NCBI RefSeq assembly: GCF_036971445.1 | Contig: NC_091474.1 | Location: forward strand, 172,856,001 to 172,920,000 | Origin: Narcine bancroftii | Taxonomy: Eukaryota | DNA: 64,000 bases | Reading direction: 5' to 3' | In this document: in pieces, positions 36,901-50,549 of the stretch | Position numbering within the stretch: the stretch's first letter is position 1 | Layout of the letters: every line of letters begins with the position of its first letter | Notes under the pieces: model-generated | The model's database searches: none | Told to the model about the DNA's origin: nothing | Seen by the model: the letters and a program-made list of their open reading frames with translations, nothing else | Program-made: the position numbers and the translations under genes

Positions 36901-39613
36901 TGTGATTACAGACACAATGATAATTAAAAGATTTATAACAAGCATGTACATCAAGTTGCAAGAGAAAGAGAATGATGAAATAAGCTGTAAACCCAAAGAA
37001 AAGTGGGAACAGATCTAAACATAAAGATAAAAAATGAAAAATGGGAAAAGCTATGCTCTGGAACTATAAGAAATACAATAAACATGAGGTTATGCATGAT
37101 ACAATATAATTGGTTACACAGGCTATATATCACGCCCCAAAAGTTAAATAAATGGGACACAACAGTATCAGATAGATGTTTTTGCTGTAAGAAGGAAACG
37201 GGAACAACAATACATGCAATTTGGGCATGTGAGAAAGTGGAAAAGTTTTGGGAAGAACTAAATCAGGTATTAAATAAAATTACAAAAAGCCACATACCAA
37301 AATATCCAGAGATCTTTCTTCTAAGTAATATTAGAAGTAAAGAATTAGGCCTCAAACTGGATGAAGCACAAAAAAGATTTATTATGATAACCTTAGCTGT
37401 AGAAAAAAAATGTATAATGTCAACCTGGAAATCAGAAGAGAGCCTGAGAGTACAGCAATGGTACATAGAAATGAATAAATGTATTCCATTGGAAAAAATA
37501 ACATATAATTTAAAAAATAAACTCACATTATTCAAACAAATTTGGGAACCGTACATGGAACACAACAGAGAGGGCCTACCATGGACCTCCACCCCCTAAA
37601 ATGACAGAATGAGAAGAAGACGAAATGAACTGACCCAGTGTGTAAAAGTAGATGACACAATTTTCTTGTTTATTTTCATTGTGTGATGACATTGTTTAAT
37701 GTATCGTATATGTTGAACGTTTAGTGGGTAGGGAGGGGGTTGGGAAGGAGGGAGGGAAGGGAGGGGGGAAAAGGGGAGAAAATGACACTGTATATTCAAG
37801 AAGGAAATGTTTGTATTTTGGTTAATATGGTTCATAGTGTGAAAAATAAAAACATTTTTTAAAAATGGCCATGACCTGCAAGATCATGATGCCAACCTCC
37901 AGAAATTCCTCACAGCAGCTAAAGACCTAAACCTCACCTACAACATCGATAAATATGTTTTCCACACTACCCACCTGTCAATCCTTGGCTGTGTTGTGGA
38001 GAATGGGGTTATTGGCCCCGATCCCAACCCCATGTGCCCTCTGTTGGAGTTCCCCCTTCCCTACAGCCTCAAGGTACTGAAAAGTGCCAGGGGTTCTTTT
38101 CTATTATGCCCGGTGGGTGCCCAATTATGTGGACAAAGCCCACCCCCTTATCCAGTCCACATCCTTCCCCCTGACAAGAGAGGCCCAGGGAACCATTTGA
38201 TGAATAAAAGAGGACTTTGCTAAATCTGCAATGTATGTGGTAGATGAATCTGCCCATTTCAGGTCAAGAGCAACGCAGTCAATTTCACCCTGGCCACCAC
38301 CCTGAACCAGGTAAGTCGGCCAGTGGCCTTTTTCTCCTGTAACCTCCAAGGCCCTGAAATCCAACTCTCCTCCATCGAGAAGGAGGCTCAGGCAATAGTT
38401 GAGGCAGTATGGCACTGGAGGCATTACCTGGCCTGTAGATACTGTACCCTGTTCATGGACCAAAGGACCATGGCATTCATGTTTAACAATAAACAGCGGG
38501 GTAACTATAACTATGATATTCAGTATCGGCCAGGGAAGCTTAACAAGCCCCCAGACTCCCTATCCTGAGGATCATGTGCCAATGTCCAGATAGACTACCT
38601 CAAGATCTTCCACAATGACCTCTGCCACCCAGCTGACACGAGACTTTTCCACTCCATAAAATCTCGTAACCTGCCATACTCCATCAGGGAGGTCAGAGAC
38701 ATGTTGAGGGACTGCTGAGTCTGCGCGGAGTGCAAACTGCACTTCTATCAACCAGATAGGGCACACCTGGTAAAAGCCATATTGTCATTTGAATGCCTGA
38801 GTATAGATTTCAAAGGCCTCCCTCCCCTCAACCAACCACAAAATATATTTCCTCATGGTCATCGATGAGTATTCATGTTTCCCTTTTGCCATCCCTTGCC
38901 CAAACATGACCTCCACCACAGTCATCAACTTGTATACTCTATTTGGGTACCCATCATACATCCACAAGACTGGGGGTTCTTGTTCATGAGCTGCAAGCTG
39001 CACCAATACCAGCAGGGCCACTAGTTATAACCCCCGTGGGAATGGCCAGGTGGTGAGGGAGAATGCCCACCATATGGAAGGTCATCCTCCTTGTCAAGTT
39101 CAGGGGGCTGCCAGTCTCTCACTGGCAAGAGGTCCTTCCCAAGGTACTCCACGCAATCAGGTCACTGCTATGTACTGCCACCAATGCTACCCCGCACAAA
39201 TGAATTTTCTCCTTCCCCAGGAAGTCACCATACCCCCAGCAAGTCGACACAGCGCGGGAGGTCCAGAAAGAATCAACGACTGCAGCTTACAGCAGAGCAC
39301 CCGACTCTCTGTCGGTCTTAATGAAAGACCAGATCGTTGGACAGACTTAACCTCTAAGACTTTGTGCCCCACATCACTTCTCCCAGACAAAAAAAATGGT
39401 GAATATAGTGAACTACTGTACATTCTTTAATCTGGCTCCACCCCATCCTGTGGCTAGACCCGTGGCTCCTCTCTCTTGACCTGTATAAAAGCTCCAACAC
39501 CACAACCCCTCCCCAGAAAGCCTGGTCACAGCATAGGACGACCTTAAAGTTTATTGTAAATAAAAGCCTATAGTTCTGTAACTCTAGTCTTTTGAGTTAT
39601 TGATAGTGCATCA
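33936..39613 (+). mobile_element. Gypsy element B (no tRNA PBS), interrupted by an L1
   Basis: LTRs 33936-34120 (with an internal deletion) and 39404-39613; TSD gtgtg/atgtg. Domains: gag (LKPDELEIEPQS), PR (CLFDSGNTENFI, PVLLGLDFQ), RT (IDYSQTIN, YLDN), RH (EKEAQAIVEAVWHWRHYL) and IN. Confidence 0.92.
36020..37865 (+). mobile_element. 5'-truncated L1 inserted in the RT of Gypsy B
   Basis: 7-bp TSD TGGCCAT (36013-36019, 37866-37872); ORF2 C-terminal ORFs at 36229-37599 (DRCFCCKK..HAIWAC, LEKITY); AATAAA and A-tail. Related to the L1 at 59629-64000. Confidence 0.93.
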
Positions 39614-40063
39614 ATGTGCAAGCAGCAAAGATTTAATTTAACTTGGGCATCATGTTTGGTACAATCCCATGGGGAAAATGGCCTGTTCCAGTACTGTACT
39701 GTTTTATGTTCTATGTAACATTCAGATCCACATCCACACCAACTGAATACGGCTTCAGTACCAGCTGTTATGTTAAATGTCAGTTGTGTAACTCAAGTCA
39801 ACTTATCAAATTCTGATTAAGCACTCCTCCTGGTTTATGGATGAGATTACTTGCAGCTCACTATATTCAGCTTAGGTTACTTTTATTGTTGCCAGTTCTG
39901 CTTGTAGTTTGGTGTGCTCCAGCTTCACACAGCACTTCACTGTTAACTTCCTTTCCACCACTCTGCTTTGTTTCTTGTACTGAATTAATTTCAGGTCACG
40001 TGCCTGAACATAGCATAGTCATCTTTTTCTCTGCCTACTACAGCCATGACAGCAGTTGGCTCC

Positions 40064-40649
40064 TGTGATGTGGAGAAAAGTCTGAATGCAGTTTAACCAC
40101 AAACAAGTATCTTTAAGCATGGGGGGAAGTCGCAACAGGGATAGGACTCACATATGCAAACGAGATCACACACAGTTTATATGATCAGAAGCAGCTGATT
40201 AATACTATTACAAGCCACAATTCCCACAGTTAATACGAAAAGATGGCATAAACAGTTCCCATTATCCCTTGCTAACTGACAGCCATGACATCCCTATTGG
40301 TGATAGAAATATTACAATGAATAAGTCACAATAGTCCTCTTAAACGTGTACCACTGTAGCCCGGGACACACCTTACAATGGTCTCTCCAGCATCACCCAC
40401 GTCTCATCACCTGGAAAGGAACTAGGGCTCGTCTCCAGGGGAAAAGAGGAAGAGCTGTTACATGTGGTGGGCTTTATACCTCAGCTGGCTGGAGAGGCTG
40501 GCTCAGGTATGCTCAAAATAGGCAAGATGATTAAGAGAGCCAATCACAAAGTGTGTGCTCACCTATGGGTGAGTTTGGCCTTGATTGGCAGATGAGGTGA
40601 TATCCGACTAAGCTCCTGCCGAAGGGCTCATGTGACCCTCCTTGTTACA
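40064..40649 (-). mobile_element. Probable LTR-like repeat (related partial copy at ~43730-43940)
   Basis: 40310-40490 aligns with 43759-43940 (attacaatgaataagtcac...cagctggctgg); TG..CA ends; TATAAA on the minus strand. No clear TSD, so boundaries are uncertain. Confidence 0.45.
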
Positions 40650-41914
40650 TCTTCTCATCAGATTCTATTTCTTCCTTCCTATCTCTCTTACCTGCCCAAC
40701 CTCCTATGGCAGGTTTGGAGTTTCCTACTGGAATGAGTGTTGGTGAGACATCAGGAAAAATGCATTATTCCCATTAGGGATTAGGGAGCCTTGAAAATTC
40801 CTCAAATGCCCTGCATTTCTCTGCCATATTCTCAATCATACTTCTCCTATTTTCCGGGCAATTTTTCCAATTACTTTACCCTCTTTCACACTGGGCTACA
40901 CTGTTTTCAGAAATGTTTGCCCACTGGCCCATTCCCACAACGTTCCGGCTATTTGCTGGGCATCTCAATGTATATCGATTTTTACCAATATTGTGAATCA
41001 ATAACATGGATTTATAATTTCCTTCAAATTATTCCAAAATTTTGCATTTCTATATTCTCCCTATAATTTTGTTTAAAATCAATTGTGGGGTAGATGGTTT
41101 ACAGACAGAGGTTGTCAGTAGCATCCAGAGTCCCTGCCGATCTCATCCTTCCCTTATCGTAAATGAGCACTTCCACCCATTCTGCAGCATCGACCTTTCT
41201 CAGCTATGCTGGTTCTGGGGCCCCTAAGTTTCCCTGATTTCCAGAGGTGTTTTCACTCTGATCTTCAGAATGATACCGGGTTAGTTGTCAACCTGTTTTT
41301 GTTGCTGCCACGTGCCATTTTTGAGCCCGAGCCCAGAAACCACTTTCGCACTTTGCCCTCTGGCTCCCCACCAATCTTTTTGCTGTTGTGGGAGAACTCA
41401 CAGAAATGGCCTTCCAGCACTTACAATCGTTTTCACTGTTCTGGGGTCTTGACCCTGCGCACAACTCCCTTCACCTCAGAACAATCTTGTCATGCTTTCC
41501 TCGCTTTTCTCTTGACCATCTTCCAGAGTGAAATGATAGTGTCCAAGTCCTAGTGGCTGATCATATTTAATTACATGCAAAAGTAGTGAAATAAAAAAGT
41601 GGTGCCCTCAGTTACTATTGCTGACTATGCCAAGTGATTGTGCAACAGATTCAAGAGTGTGCTGGAAATAGGAAATTTATATCTAAAGCAAACAGAGGTA
41701 CCATTTATGATCTAAAATCTATTAAAAAATTGCTTGAGGCTGATGACACACTGTCCATTTCCAGTCAATGTTGTATTTTACTAACATTCTTTTTCACACA
41801 TATTAATGAGCACCCTGGGGATTCATGACAAAGATAAACTTAATTAATCTCTAAGGATGACAAACAATTTTAACAGAATGAACTTAAGTAACCTTTGTAA
41901 CCATAGATTAAAGG

Positions 41915-42180
41915 AGTTATAAATCACAGAAATAGGCGCTTCACCCTAACTCGTCCATGCCATCAACTTGCCACCCTGAACTAATCTAATTTCCCTGCAT
42001 TTAGATAAGATTTCTTTAAAACTATCCAATCTGTGTACTTTGTCTTTTGAACATTGTGATTGTATCCCCCATCTACCACTGCCTCTGTCAGGTGTTCCAC
42101 ATATCTTCCACCCTTTTTTTGAAAAAGTTGCCTCTCAGATCTGTTTTAAATTTTTCCTCTCTCACCTTAAATCTATGAAT
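41915..42180 (-). mobile_element. CR1 3'-end relic
   Basis: cacagaaataggcgcttca...tcgtccatgcc is the reverse complement of a CR1-type 3' terminus. Confidence 0.55.
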
Positions 42181-42189
42181 ACTATATTT

Positions 42190-43060
42190 TCAGATACAGA
42201 TTTCAGATTTATTGTCAGAATACATACATGACATCACGTACAACCCTGAGATTCTTCTTCCTGTGGGCGCAGCAGAATTACCACTAATTGGTAGTGCAAA
42301 AGAAACTGTACACAGCATATACACGTAAACAAATAAAGAACTGTAAACAGATAATGAATGTAAACAAAATGACTGCTCAATGCAGAGAGAATAAAAATAA
42401 CAATGAAGTGCACAAGTATGAGTCCTTAAATGTGTTTCTGATTGAATTTGTCTTTGATGGTGGAGGGGTAGCAGCTGTTCCTGGTACGAGTATTGTGGCA
42501 CCTATACCTCTTTCCTGATGGCAACAGTGAGAACAGAGCAAGAGCTAGATGGTGTGGGTCTTTGATGATTGCTGCTGCCCTCTGACGGCAGCATTCCCTG
42601 CAGATGTATCCAATAGTGGGGGGGGTTTTGCCTGTGATGTCCTGGGGTGTGTCCACTACCTTTTGGAGGGCTTTTCGCTCAGAGGTATACCAGACCACGA
42701 TGCAGCTGGTCAGAACACATTCCGCCACTCCTCTCTAGAAACTCGCCAGGGTTTTTGGTGTTATACGAAACCTCTGCTAACTCCTGAGGGGGTAGAGGCA
42801 CTGACGTGCTTTATTCATGATGCCATTGGTGTGTTGGGCACAGGAAAGAACCTCTGAGAAAATGACTCCCATGAACTTAAATTTGCTCACCCTCTCTACC
42901 TCTTATCCCCCAATGATCACTGGATTGTATAACTCTGGCTTTCCTTTCTTGAAGTCAACAATCAGCTCCTAAGTTGAGGTGACACTGAGTGCAAAGTTGT
43001 TGTTGGTGCACCATTCAGCCACGTTTCCCTCCTGTATGCAGACTCATCCCCTTCCTTTAT
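42190..43060 (-). mobile_element. Rex1/Babar-like LINE, 3' portion
   Basis: ORF 42426-42728 reads SCIVVWY..ERKALQKVV..IIKDPHH..LFSLLPSGKRYR; upstream FKFMGVIFS; tail aataaatctgaaatctg. Confidence 0.85.
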
Positions 43061-43999
43061 ACTAGCTTTTAGACTCCACGATTCTTGGATTAAACTAGGT
43101 CCTTTCACCTTATCTACACCCCTTGTTAATTCATCACTGGACTTAGGTTGTCAGTGGCATCCAGAGACCCTGCCGATCTCATCCTTCCCTTATTGTAAAT
43201 GAGCACTTCCACCCATCCTGCAGCTTATTATCAAGCTATTGTTTAAGGCATAGATCAATGCAATAATGATGCATACGCCACCCCGGCGGCCCATACAGCT
43301 GCAGTAGAGAACCCTGAGCCATCACAGAGACCGCAGGTATATGAGAAGGATTCTTTAGCAGGGCTGCCTGATAACCTTCCAGTTGCTCGTGAGAAATGAG
43401 CTGTGGCTGGCACTTAGAACACAAAATGGAAATGTTTCTTCTGTGGATTCTCTTACCATTCATGGGAGAACTGTCCAGCATGCGAGGCTATTGTAATAAA
43501 TGTGCCAAGAAGGGACATTGTACCTGGGTGCACAAACCCAAGTTCTAGTTGCTGCCTCGCACCTTTGTTTAAAATTCTAACGTCTACCGTTTTAAAACTG
43601 TAACTTTTTAACCATCTTCACTATCCACAGATGGAGCTAAACAATCAATTCGCACCACATATCCGATGGATAATATGAAAAGAAGGCATAATCAGTATCC
43701 ACCACCCCTCGCTAATGGACAGGCACAGCACCCCGATTGGTTACAGATATGTTACAATAATTACAATGAATAAGTCACGATAGTTCTTCTTAATGTGCAC
43801 CACCTTAGCCCAGCACACACCTTACACTGCTCTTTCCAGCATTGCCCACGATTCACCACCAAGGGTGGAGCTAGGGGTCGTTTTCAGGGGAAAAGAAGAA
43901 GAGCTATTCTATAGGTGGGCTTGAAACTGCAGCTGGCTGGGTCTTTGGTGTCATGGACAATTTTTCTAAGCATGTCAACTTCATTTTCTTTCAAATTGC

Positions 44000-44340
44000 T
44001 GATTTAGATGATGTACAGCAGCGATCCTGCATCAATCTCTATGACACCTACAGGTCACAGGCCGCCAATTTGAAAAACAAACCGCAACTATCATTCTTAC
44101 TCCCACATTAAATTAATTTTGCATCCAAATGGATAGTTTTCGCTGGCTCCCATGTAATTCAGCCTTCTGGACTAGCCTACCTTATGGGATCTTGTCAAAG
44201 ACCTTGCTAAAGGACTGACCTTATCAATTCTCTTAGTTACCTCTTCCAAAATTCATGAGACACAATTTCCCATACATAAAGCCATCCTGCCTATTCCTAA
44301 TCAATCCTTGCCTTTCCAACAACTTTATCCTGACAAACAA
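44000..44340 (-). mobile_element. CR1 RT relic
   Basis: Minus strand reads FSKVFDKIP (~44187-44212). Confidence 0.55.
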
Positions 44341-45519
44341 CTTTAACATAAATTTTAATGGCCGCCTAATTTCCCATATCTTTAAGTAACTATTAATATA
44401 GTATCAAGAAACTATGACATAGAGAATTATCTGCTCATTACCTGTAATATTTTATCAATGGCAGTTATTCATAGGATTACAATTTTATAACAGGACATGA
44501 TAGTTAGTAATATTTTTAGACTTGAATCCTGTGGTTGTGTATATTTTAGTAAATATTTGTACAAATTACATCATCCAGTTTAAGTCAATTTTAAATGGAA
44601 TGGAAATTCTGCTGCAAAAGTTAAAACAAGTTGGCTTCTGTTCTCTGCTCTGAACTCGGGTATAATTACTCATAACAGTTCAAGTGGACTAAAGAGTCCA
44701 AAGTAGAAGGAAATTGTCTACATCAAATTTATGAAAAAAACTATTTCACTATGACTCAATAGGATAAAAATGGCAACTGTTTCCGGATGCCTTGAAAATA
44801 CTTCAACACATAGCCTGATCACAGGTAAAGTACAGCAAAACCAGCAGCCACACACAACTGGCAACAAAGAGGAAAATAAATAACAAAAATTAAAATAAAT
44901 AAGAATAAAATAATAGGTAAAAATACATAAGTTTAACATTGTGAAAGTAAATGTTCTCTGAAGTAATACAAAAGCCTTTGGTGAAGATGGGAGGAAATAT
45001 TCAGCCGGCCGAGTGCCTTGGTCATGCTTTGCTCATAGCAGCTGTTTAAATAAAGTTGTGTGAAACAGCAATTCCGCTCTAAGTTGTGTGATTCTCTTAA
45101 AGTGCATCCTTATTCCTGCTTAGTAAGAGTTGCCTCGGACAGAGGCTTTATCTGTAAACCTGGGGTGGGGGTGGGGTTAATCATCTATAATGTTATTGTT
45201 TGCCTTTCGGATGGCTCCATGAAGGGGGTGGAACCTGCAGATGCAGTGATGGTTAAATGTTTTCAAAGAATGTGACTGAAAATAAAGTAAAATGCTTTAC
45301 GGTTTATATATTCTTGCAAGTAAAATTTGTTCACTGTAAGTACTGCATAATATTTTTGTCTTTTGTCTTTTAAACTGTTTATTCTTAATGCAGGTGAATT
45401 AGTTAGGCCTTGTAAGAGAACATCTAAAGCAACAGGAAAGTGCACTTTTCAGGCATCAACCAATCCCTGTAGGTGCCAGGTACCAGGAGTTTTATTGTAA
45501 AAGGCAATTCAGAAAATTG

Positions 45520-48248
45520 GAAGCCAAAATGCATGGAAAAGGAGGTGGAGTAGCCTTGTTGGTTAGGGAAGAGATGAATGCCATAGAAAGGAAGGACATC
45601 AGTGTTGAGGTTGTAGAATCCATGTGGGTAGAGCTGTGAAGCATGAAGGACATCAGTGTAGAGGATGTGGAATCCATATGGGTAGAGCTGCGAAGCACGA
45701 AGGGGCAGAAGATGCTAGTGGGAGTAGTGTACAGGCCGCCTAACAGTAGCAGTGAGGTTAAAATTGGTAATGCGTGCAACAAAGGGACGGCAGTTGTAAT
45801 GGGTGACTTTAATCTACATGGAGATTGGGTGAATCAAATTGGTAAGGGTAAGGTTGAAGAGGATTTCTTAGAATGTATGTGGGATTGTATTCTAAATCAG
45901 CATGTTGAGGAACCGACGAGGGAACAAGCCATTCTTGACTGGGTATTGAGTAATGGAGAAAGGTTAATTAGCAATCTTGTTGTGAGGAACCCCTTGGGCA
46001 AGAGTGACCACTATATGGTGGAATTCTTCATTAGGATGGAATGTGACAGAGTTGATACGGATATAAAGGTTTTGAACTTGAAGAGGGGTAACTTTGATGG
46101 TATGAGATGTGAATTGGCTAAAATAGATTGGCAAATGGTACTTAAAGGACTAATGGTAGAAATGCAATGGCAATCGTTTAAGGATAGCTTGGAGCAAGTG
46201 CAGAAAATGTACATCCCAGTTTGTACGAAGAATAAATCGAGGAGGGTAGCGCATCTGTGGCTAACAAGGGAGATCACAATTTAGCCAAAAAGAATAATAT
46301 CCCTGTTGAATGGGAGAAATTCAGAGTTCTGCAGAGGAGGACAAAAGGATTAATTAGGAAAGGTAAAAGGGATTATGAGAGGAAGCTGGCAGGGAACATA
46401 AAAAATGACTGTAAAAGCTTTTATAGATATGTTAAGAGAAAGAGGTTAGTTAAGACAAATGTGGGTCTGTTGTGGACAGAAACGGGTGAGTTGATCATGG
46501 GGAACAAGGGTATGGCAAACTGTTTGAATGACTATTTTAGTTCTCTCTTCACCAAGGAAGACATAACTAATCTACAGGAAATTATTGAGGATTGAGGATC
46601 TATTTTGTTGGAGGGACTAAAGGAAATAACTGTAAGTCGAGAAGTTGTATTAGTTAAATTTAGTTAAATTGCAGGGATTAAAGGCAGATAAATTCCCGGG
46701 GTCGGATTGTCTGCATCCAAGAGTGCTGAAGGAAATAGCCAGGGAAATAGTGGATGCTTTGGTGATAATGTTTCAAACCTCTTTGGATACTGGATTAGTT
46801 CCTGAGGATTGGAGGGTGGCCAACATAACCCCACTCTTTAAGAAGGGAGGGAGAGAGAAATCGGGAAACTACAGACCAGTTAGCCTGACATCAGTAGTAG
46901 GGAAGGTGCTAGAATCAGTTATTAAAGATGCAATTGCAGTACATTTGGAAAGTAGTGGTATCATCGCACAGAGTCAGCATGGTTTTTTGAAGGGGAAATC
47001 ATGTCTGATAAATCTAATAGAGTTTTTTGAGGATGTAACCAGTAGAGTGGATAGGGGAGAACCAGTGGATGTGTTATATATGGACTTTAGTAAGGCATTT
47101 GATAAGGTTCCTCACAGAAGACTAGCGTATAAACTTAAAGAGTACGGGATAGGAGGTATGCTATTAAGGTGGATAGAGAATTGGCTGAGGGACAGGAAGC
47201 AAAGAATAGGAATAAATGGGTTCTTTTCAGAATGACAGCCAGTGACTAGTGGGGTAACGCAGGGCTCAGTGCTGGGGCCGCAGTTGTTTACGATATATAT
47301 CAACGACTTAGATGTGAGGATATCAGTATCTCGAAATTGGCAGATGATACGAAGTTGGGTGGCAGGGTTAGCTGGGTGGAGGATGCTAGGAGAGTGCAGG
47401 GCGATTTGGACAAGTTAGGCGAATGGGCCAGGACATGGCAGATGCAGTATAATGTGGATAAATGCGAGGTTATCCACTTTGGAGGTAAGAACAGGAAAGA
47501 GGATTATTATTTAAATGGTATCTGTTTAGGAAAAGGGGAGATGCAGCGAGACTTGGGTGTTGCTGTGCATTAGTCATTGAAAGTGGGCGTGCAGGTGCAG
47601 CAGGCGGTGAGGAGGGCAAATGGTACGTTGGTGTTCATAGCAAGAGGATTTGAGTACAGGAGTAGGGAGATCCTGCTGCAGCTGTACAGGGCCTTGGTGA
47701 GACCACATCTGGAGTACTGCGTGCAGTTTTGGTCGTCTTATCTGAGGAATGACATCTTCGCCATGGAGGGGGTCCAGAGAAAGTTCACTAGGCTGACACC
47801 GGGGATGGAGGGGCTCGCATATGAAGAAAAGTTGGATAGACTAGGCTTGTATTCTCTGTAATTTAGAAGATTGAGGGGGGAATCTTATAAAATTCTTAAG
47901 GGTTTAGACAGACTAGACACAGGAAAGTTGTTTCCAATGCTGGGAAAAACCAGAACCAGGGGCCGTAGTTTAAGGATAAGGTGGAAGTTTTTTAGGACTG
48001 AGATGAGGAAAAATTTCTTCTCTCAAAGAGTGGTGAATGTGTGGAATTCTTTGCCACAGGAAGTAGTTGAGGCTGGTTCCCTGTCAATATTTAAGTGTAG
48101 GTTAGTTTGGCCCTTGTGGCCAAGGGGATTAGAGGGTATGGGGAGAAGGCAGGAACCGGGTACTGATCAGCCATGATCATAATGAATGGTGGTGTAGGCT
48201 TGAAGGGCCAAATGGCCTACTCCTACACCTATTTTCTATGTTTCTATG
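45520..48248 (+). mobile_element. CR1-clade LINE ORF2 (endonuclease and RT), relatively well preserved
   Basis: Reads GVVYRPPN, MGDFNL, LGKSDH, NYRPVSLTSVVGK, YMDFSKAFDKVPH, QGSVLGP, ADDTK and LVRPHLEYCVQFWS; tail of tttctatg repeats; 54-bp tandem duplication at 45591-45698. Confidence 0.95.
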
Positions 48249-48944
48249 AAATAAAACATGTGTGGGATAATGTTTGTATGGATAGTAAAACAATGACCTT
48301 CTATATAATTACATTAAAATCACTAAAATAAAAAATTTTAAAAATGCAAATGCTGGAAATCTAAAATAAAAAAAACCAATCAGGTCAAGCAGATCTGAGG
48401 AATAAGGAACAGAGTTAACTTCACAAGGCAAAGACCATCAAGCCTCAAACATTTTCAGCCTAAAACATTATGCCCCTCTTTTAACATTTGCAATCTGACC
48501 TGCTGAATGTTTCTAGTATTTTCTGTCTTCTTTACTATTAAAGTCATGTTTATAGCAATGTCCCTACCTTCTGTGCCATTCCAATATATCAATATTATTA
48601 ATTGCAAGGCCTGCAAGCTAGTGACAGCCATCTTCAACCCAATATGATTTGTGTGGAGGAACCAAGAGCCACACTATGATTAGAAGAACGGAAGGTGTGT
48701 GGTTGAAATGTGGCTAAGGGTGAGACGAAACACCACAGGGAACAGGTCCACATGCTCAAAATACAGTGGAGAACAGGGTGAGATATGCATCCAGAAGCAG
48801 AGCTGTGGTGGGTACAAAGGCAATTGTGCTCAGAGAGAGGGGGTGTAAGACTTATGGGACTGGGTTAGGGACAGGCAAGGAGTAGAAGCTCCAAGTTAAA
48901 TTGATCAATGACACCACAGTCTGCTGATATATGTAAGAATTAGG

Positions 48945-50085
48945 TGGAGGGGGATGTCACGTAGGGCCAGGACGAGAAATCTGGCTTCTCCAAGAAAAAG
49001 TTTTAAAAAGTGAAAAAAAAAGTGGAGAAAAGCTTGAAATTCATCTGAATAAATTATAAACAACCAAGGAAAAAAACACAATGCTGCCAAAGGAAGACAA
49101 AGAAGCAGAAGAAATTATAGAGAAGATGGAAGAAAAACAACCAGTGGAAAAAGAAAGGCTACCTTAGAGAAGTTGGACCTGTAGTGAAGCCTGCTCACCC
49201 GTCGAAGAGGGCCTCCTGGCTCGCCTCCTAGCAAACTGCAGTGCCCCTGTAACAACAGGGATGCCCACACGAATCAGGGAGGGGAGTGACTTGACTGTAC
49301 ATGTGCGAGGAGTTGTGCATGAGCAGTCGACAGCAATGGGAGGCCTTGCCAGAATGGCTCACTAAGTCCTCTAGACATGCTCCTGTCTATTTCCTATTAA
49401 AGCTGAAAGAAAAGGGAGAGGAAGAAGAGAAGGAGGGAGAAGAAGAGGAAGAAGAAGAACAAAGCTCAGAGGAAATGTTGGAAGAAGAAGAAGAAGGGGT
49501 AAGAAAGAAAGTTAAAGCCATCCCGAAAGTTCAACATACACTGATTACGATTATGGAAGAGTTGAAGTTAATAAGATGAGATAATAAGATATCAGAGGCT
49601 AAAGTTAATAAAGTATGTGGAATTGTTAAAAAGATGCAGAAAAACATCAGAAAGTGGGAGTAAAAATTTGGAAAATCAATTTCTTCAAGAAAAAAATAGA
49701 TAAAGCAAATGAAGGATTAGAGCAAGTGTTGGCGATGAATAAACAATTGTCTGAAAAAGTGGATTCATTAGAAAATTTTAGTTGAAGAAATAATATTAAG
49801 ATTGTTGGTCTGAAAGGAGAGGAAGGAGAAGATGTTTTTCAATTTTTACAATGTTGGATCCCTCGGAATTTTGGACAAGAGCATTTTAAAGGAGATATTG
49901 AGATTGAGCGAGCCCTTACAGCCCTTAGACCTAAACCTCAGCTGGATCAAAAGTCGAGGCCTATTTTGGTCAAATTTCTTCATTATCAAGTGAGAGAGAA
50001 AAATCTTGGAATTATCAGCCAAACAGGCTGAAGAAAGAAAAGCACCATTCGAATTTGGAGGGAACAAAATCTTCTTTTATCCTGA
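48945..50085 (+). mobile_element. L1 5' UTR and ORF1 relic, related to the L1 at 4835
   Basis: Reads LENFS*RNNIKIVG, DIEIERA, RPILVKFLHYQVRE and NKIFFYPD; breaks off where the Rex/Babar sequence starts. Confidence 0.85.
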
Positions 50086-50545
50086 TAGGCAGTTCAGTAT
50101 GTCATCAACAACCCTCATAAACTTCTACAGGTATACCGTGGAGAGCATTCTGGTTGGTTGCATCACGGCACCAACTCTCAGGACAAGAATAAACTTCAGA
50201 AGGTTGTTAACTCGGCCTGCGACTTCACTCCATCGAGAAAAGCTACATGAGGCGGTGTCTTAAAAAAAACAGCCTCTATCTTCACAGACTTCCCCACCAC
50301 CCAGGACCCAGGACCCTAAAGATGAGCACTCAGCGGCACAAGGACAGCTTCCTCCCCACTGCCATCAGATTCCTGAATGATCAATGAACCAAGACTTTTC
50401 GTGCACTAGTATTATTATTATTATTTTATTTTATTTTTTATAGTTCTGTCATAAGAAGGTTACAATATGTATGTCTGCACTACGACGCTGCCACAAAACA
50501 CAGAATTTCGTGACTTGTTCATGACAATAAATCCTGATCCTGATT
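50086..50545 (+). mobile_element. Rex1/Babar-like LINE 3' fragment
   Basis: Reads LINFYRYTVESILVGCIT and KDSFLPTAIRFLN; tail aataaatcctgatcctgatt. Confidence 0.8.
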
Positions 50546-50549
50546 CAAT

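Noticed and set aside
44762-44830. Possible exon MATVSGCLENTSTHSLIT ending at cag|gtaaag
   Set aside because: Weak acceptor, no recognisable homology and no partner exon.
48340-48540. Imperfect inverted-repeat element (tgctggaaat..caggtca / tgacctgctg..tttctagta)
   Set aside because: Looks like a common decayed repeat, too degenerate to delimit or classify.
49301-49579. Glu-rich ORF
   Set aside because: Part of a decayed L1 ORF1 N-terminal region.
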